Below are positions 15,843 to 21,080 of a stretch of DNA of 30,647 nucleotides, in pieces (positions within the stretch are counted from its first letter, which is position 1; every line of letters begins with the position of its first letter). Under the pieces are notes generated by a model. That model ran no database searches, was not told where the DNA came from, and saw only the letters and a list, made by a program, of their open reading frames with translations. The translations under genes and the position numbers were made by a program. The DNA is from a virus: IMG/VR virus record IMGVR_UViG_3300029675_000035; one strand, written 5' to 3'.

Positions 15843-16184
15843 TCACATGGCGTATGTCTTTAGTGTAGCACGCTTTTTTTGACGACACGCCGACTTGAAT
15901 TGGATTGCCACATACCAGCTGAGGTCACCGTAATGGACCATTCTGAGCAAACCCTCATCCTCAAGCTTTCCGAGGGTCTCGTGAACGGTATCATCGGACA
16001 GGCTCGGGAACATCCGGGGAAAATCATCATAGGGCATCCGAACCCAATAACGGCCGTCATGATAGTGGCCTTGTTGCTTCCTCTGCTTCCGGTAGAGGTC
16101 GTAGAGCTGAATATAGACGGCCGTCGCGGTGTAACCCAGCACCTCGATCAGTTTGGATATGGGCGGAAGATCCTTCAAAATCAA
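15843..16184 (-). CDS. Winged-helix DNA-binding protein
   Basis: 113 aa. ...DDTVHETLGKLEDEGLLRMVHYGDLSWYV... is wHTH-like. The 3' end overlaps promoter/operator F. Confidence 0.55.
   Translation of the reverse strand: MILKDLPPISKLIEVLGYTATAVYIQLYDLYRKQRKQQGHYHDGRYWVRMPYDDFPRMFPSLSDDTVHETLGKLEDEGLLRMVHYGDLSWYVAIQFKSACRQKKRATLKTYAM
15862..15892 (-). promoter_or_regulatory. Extended -10 promoter (TGcTACACT) with CGGCGTGTCG motif 12 nt upstream; drives the replication genes
   Basis: On the plus strand, agtgtagca is at 15862-15870 and CGACACGCCG at 15883-15892. The geometry matches the promoter at 18890-18920. Confidence 0.55.
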
Positions 16185-16426
16185 TCCTCCTCAATGAACG
16201 AGCTGAAGAGACTGCGATTATAGAGGGTGCCGCCAAGCTTCGAAAGCGCGGTCACCGGATTATCATACTTCCTGCATGCGATATCCCAAGCCTTAAGGAC
16301 CTCCTCATCCCCGAACTTCAAGCACAGGCCAGAAAAGAACTTCCGTGCCTTCCCCTCGCTTTCCTCACGGAAGTGGACACCGTACCTCTCCGTAATGGAC
16401 TTGCTGATGGTTTTGTAAACGCTCAT
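16181..16426 (-). CDS. Hypothetical protein (81 aa)
   Basis: ORF with RBS GAAAGGAAA and upstream TGaTATACT (rc of 16461-16469). ATGA-type overlap with the next gene. Confidence 0.6.
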   Translation of the reverse strand: MSVYKTISKSITERYGVHFREESEGKARKFFSGLCLKFGDEEVLKAWDIACRKYDNPVTALSKLGGTLYNRSLFSSFIEED

Positions 16427-17477
16427 GATCGGTTTCCTTTCGTATCAAACCATTACCTCAAGTATATCACAAAGCATTGAAAATGCGTCGAAAGCAAGGG
16501 GGTGGTCACTCACTGCCCATCCTGCCCTTCACCCCACTCACGTACCTGCCCCTCACTCACATTCACCCCGGCCACCGCCATGCCCTGTTTCTTGAGGAAG
16601 GGAGCGAGCTTCGGTAGAGAGAGTAAGCCTTAAGAGCCTGAAAAATTTAAGTGCTTTTTCAGGTTTTAAGGCTTGATGACTGTTTCCGTCGGTCGGTCGG
16701 TCACACGGCGTCGGTCATAAGAGTGGTGCATTACTACCACTGATGCGGCATACCCCCTCAGATCGCGCTACATCTTTGATGTGATGGTGTCGGCATCCCG
16801 GTTATTCCACCATCGTCTGAAAGGTCAGTTGAACTAGCACCTCTAACGTGTGTATCAACGAGGGTCAGTCGTCGTCCCGTTAATCAAGCAAGGGATATGG
16901 CTAGAAAGTTTTCGTGCCTCCGCACCCAAGTATCTGGTATACCGGCTTTGTTCGTTTCTACTCCCCATCATAGCACATTGTGCCGTGGTGGGGTTTTCTA
17001 TCACGCCGTTCACCGCATTCCTCCTATACGCTTTCCACCGCACATGCCTCTAGAACGCACGTAAAGGTCCCTCAAACCGATTTTCACGTCAAACCCGATA
17101 ACTCGTCAAGACTCACCCACGACAGCCCGTCAAAAAGCCTTTACGCACGAAAGTGACGTTCCAGCATCAAAAGCACCGAAAAGCATCGAGAACACCAAGC
17201 CGTGGGAGGACCACCCAAGCCAAGCACGGACCAACTCTCCTCCATGCCATAACCAGATCGGATATCGAGACCAAGGCCCGAAGGGCCACATCGAGGTGAG
17301 GCCCGTATCCTCCTCCTTGCCCAAAGCCATGGACGAAGCCTCGAAGCCAACAGGTCAGACTCCATGGCTCCATGCCTCAGTCACCGAAGCCCTCGAGGCT
17401 ATGCTCTCATCGCTCTCGTCTCCCAATCCCACTGGGTTGGGATTGTCTCCTCTCCGACACGCACGCGGCTCCCCGCG
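16427..17477. other. ORF-free, helix-rich region (candidate large structured ncRNA and/or extended origin region)
   Basis: No protein-like ORF on either strand. There are many strong stems, listed in the findings. The region is insulated by a terminator at 17646-17699 and a promoter at about 16461. Confidence 0.45.
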
Positions 17478-17501
17478 GGAGCCGTCTTAGTTAGATTATC
17501 T

Positions 17502-17539
17502 CTAGAGTATCTAACCTAGAGTATCTATCTATAGTATGG
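17502..17539. repeat. AT-rich short direct repeats (CTAGAGTATCTA x2 plus a degenerate third); possible DNA-unwinding element
   Basis: ctagagtatcta occurs at 17502-17513 and 17516-17527, then tctatagtatgg. This is the most AT-rich patch in the neighbourhood. Confidence 0.6.
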
Positions 17540-17542
17540 TGA

Positions 17543-17628
17543 CTGATTTTGCGGCTACCCCCACCCTGATTTTGCGGCCACCCCCACCCTGATTTTGCGG
17601 CCACCCGCCACGAATATGCGGCCACCAC
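17543..17628. repeat. Iterons: about 3.7 tandem copies of a 23-bp unit CTGATTTTGCGGCCACCCCCACC; putative replication origin
   Basis: Copies at 17543-17565, 17566-17588 and 17589-17611, plus a partial copy ...atatgcggccaccac at 17612-17628. They are head-to-tail, non-coding and adjacent to the AT-rich repeats. Confidence 0.7.
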
Positions 17629-17645
17629 TTATTGCATCAGAAATG

Positions 17646-17699
17646 GTTAAAAATAAGGCCCCGGCCAGTCCGGGAATCTTCCCAAGACCAACCGGGGCC
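17646..17699 (-). terminator. Intrinsic terminator of the dUTPase/DUF1064 operon
   Basis: Minus strand GGCCCCGG...CCGGGGCC (17692-17699 / 17657-17664) with an inner GGGA/TCCC stem, followed by TTATTTTTAA. Confidence 0.75.
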
Positions 17700-17717
17700 A
17701 TGCCCATTCCTAGGCCG

Positions 17718-18059
17718 TCATGTCTCCTTGATGTTCACGCCATACCGTCGTGCGAAGAGCTTGCTCTTGAGCTTGTACACGTCCGTCCTCATGCCCTTCA
17801 CGTCCTCGACGGTCTCCTTGCCTGTTTCCTTGTCCATGTAGACGAAGTCAGCCACGTAATAGACAGGCCGGTAATGTCTGCCATCCACATCGAAAGCCGG
17901 TACGAGCTCGTAGCGCACCTGTCTACACAAGTCGGAGATGAGCCCGTCCTCCTCCATGCCCTTGAGGACGAGATACCTGTCGGCCTCACGCCTCGAGTCG
18001 AAGGTGATGCCGTCGACGACGGTTTTCTTCGCATGGTATTTGCTGCTCCCGTGCCACAT
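17718..18059 (-). CDS. DUF1064-family PD-(D/E)XK nuclease (putative Holliday-junction resolvase-like)
   Basis: SKYHAKKTVVDGITFDSRREADRYLVL...YVADFVY...VEDVKG...YKLKSKLF matches the DUF1064 pattern. Confidence 0.75.
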   Translation of the reverse strand: MWHGSSKYHAKKTVVDGITFDSRREADRYLVLKGMEEDGLISDLCRQVRYELVPAFDVDGRHYRPVYYVADFVYMDKETGKETVEDVKGMRTDVYKLKSKLFARRYGVNIKET

Positions 18060-18062
18060 GGC

Positions 18063-18473
18063 TTACCTTCCGGTGCTTCCGAAGCCGTTATCGCCACGCT
18101 CCGTCGCATTGAACGCGGAAACCTGTTCCAATGACTCGCAGACCACCGGAATCACGACCAGCTGCGTGATCTTGTCCCCGGCTGCAAACTGGTGATCCTC
18201 GCCGCCATGGTTGTAGAGCTTGACCACGATGCTGCCCGTATAGCCTTTGTCGATGAGTCCGGTGCTGGTGATGCTGTGCCTGACATTGAGGCCGCTCTTG
18301 CTAACGAGCAGTCCGGCGCACCCTTGTGGCAACGCCACGTGTACTCCCGTATCGACTGTCGTACTTCCGTAGGCCGGTACGGTCACAGCTTTCGGTGTGC
18401 GTAGGTCCAGTCCGGCATCGGTACCGTGGCCTCGTGATGGCATATATGCTCCGTTGTCCAGCATGACTTCCAT
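18063..18473 (-). CDS. dut: dUTP diphosphatase (trimeric dUTPase)
   Basis: Motifs GHGTDAGLDLR, GLIDKGYTGSI and RGDNGFGSTGR. Confidence 0.9.
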   Translation of the reverse strand: MEVMLDNGAYMPSRGHGTDAGLDLRTPKAVTVPAYGSTTVDTGVHVALPQGCAGLLVSKSGLNVRHSITSTGLIDKGYTGSIVVKLYNHGGEDHQFAAGDKITQLVVIPVVCESLEQVSAFNATERGDNGFGSTGR

Positions 18474-18551
18474 TTGTCTTCTCCTTTTGTGGTATGATCG
18501 TCTATGTCGGTAAGTTTTTTGGTTTCCCTTCCCGACTGCCTTTCATTGGAT

Positions 18552-18597
18552 AAAATAATACCCACCCAGGTGAATGCCCGGGTGGGTATTATTTTTT
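18552..18597. terminator. Bidirectional intrinsic terminator
   Basis: AAAATAATACCCACCC-12 nt-GGGTGGGTATTATTTT (16-bp stem including A/T arms), flanked by T-runs on both strands. Confidence 0.8.
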
Positions 18598-18607
18598 AGT
18601 GCTTGCG

Positions 18608-18832
18608 TCAGCGCTTACGGTATCCTCCGTTCGCCATCTTGACGATGTAGTAGACGAGGTAGATTCCGCTGGTGAGGCAGGAGTAGATGAGGACCTTGAG
18701 GAATCCTGGGGCCTTCTTCTTGCCGCTGTCGTCCGACTGGGCCGGCGTTACGTTGTTGATGATGATCGGCTGCGGCGCGGACTGCGGCTGGGTCGGCTGG
18801 GTTTCCGTCTGGTTGGTGTTCTGGTCGTTCAT
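18608..18832 (-). CDS. Small membrane protein (74 aa), first gene of the leftward early arm
   Basis: RBS AAAGGAAC. Gln/Thr/Pro-rich N-terminus, then a TM helix (FLKVLIYSCLTSGIYLVYYIV). Confidence 0.6.
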   Translation of the reverse strand: MNDQNTNQTETQPTQPQSAPQPIIINNVTPAQSDDSGKKKAPGFLKVLIYSCLTSGIYLVYYIVKMANGGYRKR

Positions 18833-18889
18833 TTTCTGTTCCTTTCAATGTTGGTAGGTTTTTGATGTCCTACGTTGTTTGATATACAC

Positions 18890-18920
18890 ACAATATCACG
18901 CTCGCCATCGCGACACGCCG
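18890..18920 (-). promoter_or_regulatory. Leftward early promoter (TGaTATTGT) with CGGCGTGTCG motif 12 nt upstream
   Basis: On the plus strand, acaatatca is at 18890-18898 and CGACACGCCG at 18911-18920. Confidence 0.55.
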
Positions 18921-18949
18921 AAAGGACAGCGAACCGCCACACACAATGG

Positions 18950-18978
18950 TTGCAATCCAGAAAAAACGAAGCTATACT
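18950..18978 (+). promoter_or_regulatory. Sigma-70-type promoter TTGCAA-17-TATACT
   Basis: TTGCAA at 18950-18955, an exact 17-nt spacer, and TATACT at 18973-18978. Confidence 0.6.
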
Positions 18979-18984
18979 AATCCC

Positions 18985-19063
18985 TGTACCTCATCGCGTA
19001 TATTCTCCCTGATGAGTGCCCAGCCGGGTTTCCCCCCTCTTTCCCCGGTTGGGCACTTTTTTT
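18985..19063 (+). ncRNA. Candidate ~80-nt small RNA (two hairpins; the second is an intrinsic terminator)
   Basis: Bounded by the promoter above and a 13-bp GC-rich stem (19016-19028 / 19044-19056) followed by T7. First hairpin: CTCATC(18990-18995)/GATGAG(19011-19016). No ORF. The start coordinate is approximate. Confidence 0.4.
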
Positions 19064-19121
19064 ATACCCAAAACCTCCGATCCATGCCACGCACACCAAC
19101 GGCACACTGATGCGAAATGAG

Positions 19122-19150
19122 TTGTCATGACATTCAAACCGTTATATAAT
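19122..19150 (+). promoter_or_regulatory. Rightward early promoter TTGTCA-17-TATAAT producing a leaderless mRNA
   Basis: TTGTCA at 19122-19127, a 17-nt spacer, and TATAAT at 19145-19150. The ATG at 19158 begins 8 nt after the -10 and there is no SD. Confidence 0.65.
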
Positions 19151-19157
19151 AAGACTT

Positions 19158-19337
19158 ATGAACGCTAAAGATTACACAGTAACAGTCCCCGAATACGCCA
19201 ACCGCTGGAAGCTCAACATCCAGACCGTCCGCCGCTTCATCCGCGAAGGACGACTCCACGCAGTCAAGGTCGGCAGATGCTACTTCCTCGACCCGAACGT
19301 AATCCCAGACAAGGAAAGCCACCCGGCCAACGAGTAG
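19158..19337 (+). CDS. Excisionase/MerR-family HTH (HTH_17) DNA-binding protein, 59 aa; not in the ORF track
   Basis: Hand translation: MNAKDYTVTVPEYANRWKLNIQTVRRFIREGRLHAVKVGRCYFLDPNVIPDKESHPANE*. ...IQTVRRFIREGRLHAVKVGR.YF... is the HTH_17 signature. Confidence 0.7.
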   Translation: MNAKDYTVTVPEYANRWKLNIQTVRRFIREGRLHAVKVGRCYFLDPNVIPDKESHPANE

Positions 19338-19357
19338 CCATCCGACCAACCAACCAT

Positions 19358-19388
19358 TTAAGGGGTGGACATATCATCCACCCCTTAA
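19358..19388. promoter_or_regulatory. Perfect 12-bp inverted repeat TTAAGGGGTGGA-7 nt-TCCACCCCTTAA
   Basis: Read directly from the sequence. No U-tract on either strand. It lies between the HTH gene and the first antirepressor. Confidence 0.6.
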
Positions 19389-19416
19389 ACATCACCAAGC
19401 AAAGAAAGGCAACAAA

Positions 19417-20207
19417 ATGAATACCGAAATTCAGACATTCAATTTCAATGACACAACATTGCGCACCCTGACCGACACGGCCGGCGACCCTTGGTTCATC
19501 GCCAAAGACGTGTGCGACATCCTAGGAATCCGGACAAACAATCTCCGTGCGACTCTGGACGAGGATGAAGTCACCGAATTAAGCAATGACTATACTGTAG
19601 TCATTGCCCAGAACGGAGGTAAGCCGCCGCTGATCATCTCCGAATCAGGCCTCTACAGCCTCGCCTTAAAATCCCGCAAGCCGGAAGCCAAGGAATTCAA
19701 ACACTGGGTAACCCACGAAGTACTGCCGACAATCCGCAAGCACGGCGCATACATGACCCAGCAAACCATCGACAAGGCCCTCACCAACCCCGACTTTCTC
19801 ATCCAACTCGCAACCAAGCTGAAAGAAGAACAGGAAAAGTCAAGGCACTGGAACCAAAAGCCAAAGCCCTCGACACCTTCGTCGACGTGGAAGACAAGCT
19901 GCTCATCCGCGACGCCGCCAAGGCCCTCTCCAACTCCGGCACACCAATCAGCGAAAAGCGGCTGCGCGAATGGATGACCAACGACGGATGGATCTACAGG
20001 TCTAATGGCTCATGGCATGCGACAGCGAAACACTGCACAGCAGGCCACCTCGTAATGGCCATGTCCACAAAGTACGCCACCAAGTCAGACGGTACGAAAT
20101 TCGCCTTCCCCCCAACCGTACGCATCACCCGAAAAGGATTGACACTACTCCACAGACGCCTCGTCGACACCATCCTGAACAAAGCCCTCGAAACAACCAA
20201 CGACTAA
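19417..20207 (+). pseudogene. Bro-N/KilAC antirepressor paralog 1, split by a -1 frame change at about 19833-19841 (disrupted, mis-sequenced or programmed)
   Basis: The Bro-N domain (19417 frame) reads ...LATKLKEEQEK. The -1 frame continues VKALEPKAKALDTFVDVEDKLLIRDAAKALSNSGTPISEKRLREW..., colinear with paralog 2 (IRELEPKAKALDDFTNVPDALLVRDAAKLLSNAGTPIGEKELREW). After the break the original frame gives a Pro/Ser/Thr-rich tail. Confidence 0.6.
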
Positions 20208-20227
20208 CCAAAAAGAAAGGCAATGGA

Positions 20228-21058
20228 ATGAACGCAGAAGCCCAGCCGTTCGAATTCGAACACAACCAGGTCAGAGCCCTGGCCGACGGCGACGAAGTAA
20301 TGTTCGTCGCCTCCGACATCGCCAAGATCCTCGGATACCGCGACGCAGCGAACCTTACCCGCACCCTTGACGCCGACGAAAAGGGTACTCACGAAGTGAG
20401 TACCCCCCATGGCGGCGGGCAGAACATGACAGTCCTCACCGAATCAGGCCTCTACCGCGCAATCCTCAACCGTGAAGCCGCCTACGTGAAAGAACCGGAA
20501 GCACAAGCATTCGTGAAGCGTTTCCAGCGTTGGGTGACTCACAAGGTGCTTCCATCGATTCGACGTACTGGCGGCTACATTCCCACCGGCGATGCCGATA
20601 ACGATGAGGACATCATGGCACGCGCGGTACTCATCGCACAGAAGACCATCGAACGCAAGAACCAGCAGCTCAAAGCCAAAGACGCGCAGATCAGGGAACT
20701 GGAACCAAAAGCCAAGGCATTGGATGACTTCACCAACGTGCCCGACGCCCTACTAGTCAGGGACGCAGCGAAACTGCTCTCGAACGCCGGCACGCCCATC
20801 GGCGAGAAGGAATTGCGAGAATGGCTCAGCCAGCACGGTTGGATGTACCGGCACGCCGGCACATGGGGGGCAGCCTCGGAACGTGTGAAAGCCGGACATC
20901 TGGTCATGGTAGCGTCAAGATCGCACGGACAGCATAAGGACGGCAGTATCTTCGCTTTCGCTCCGACCGTCAAGATCACCCGCAAAGGCTTGGCACTCCT
21001 CCATACACGTCTCGGCGAAACCCGCCTGAACGAGACCCTCGAAACAACCACCCACTGA
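20228..21058 (+). CDS. Bro-N/KilAC antirepressor paralog 2 (intact)
   Basis: ATG at 20228 follows AAAGAAAGG. N-terminal Bro-N (FEFEHNQVRAL...FVASDIAKILGY...LTESGLYRAIL...FQRWVTHKVLPSIRRTGGY) and a C-terminal KilAC domain. The track ORF from 20012 is over-extended. Confidence 0.85.
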   Translation: MNAEAQPFEFEHNQVRALADGDEVMFVASDIAKILGYRDAANLTRTLDADEKGTHEVSTPHGGGQNMTVLTESGLYRAILNREAAYVKEPEAQAFVKRFQRWVTHKVLPSIRRTGGYIPTGDADNDEDIMARAVLIAQKTIERKNQQLKAKDAQIRELEPKAKALDDFTNVPDALLVRDAAKLLSNAGTPIGEKELREWLSQHGWMYRHAGTWGAASERVKAGHLVMVASRSHGQHKDGSIFAFAPTVKITRKGLALLHTRLGETRLNETLETTTH

Positions 21059-21080
21059 CCAAAAGAAAGGCTCAACACCC

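Noticed and set aside
16483-16623. A 46-aa plus-strand ORF, MRRKQGGGHSLPILPFTPLTYLPLTHIHPGHRHALFLEEGSELR.
   Set aside because: It has no RBS and a low-complexity His/Pro/Leu sequence generated by the C-tract repeats. It is antisense to the local transcription direction and lacks the strong third-position bias seen in real genes.
17543-17628. Possibility that the 23-bp tandem repeats are a CRISPR array or a type III toxin-antitoxin RNA repeat.
   Set aside because: The repeats are directly abutting with no spacers. There are no cas genes, and no downstream toxin ORF follows in the same orientation. An iteron-type origin fits better.
16427-17717. Alternative genetic code (stop-codon reassignment) hiding a gene in the ORF-free region. 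A retron or DGR was also considered.
   Set aside because: All other genes are intact under the standard code and use TGA (444-446), TAA (782-784) and TAG (4862-4864) as real stops. No frame in the gap gives a protein-like translation even if one stop type is read through. No reverse transcriptase exists in the genome.
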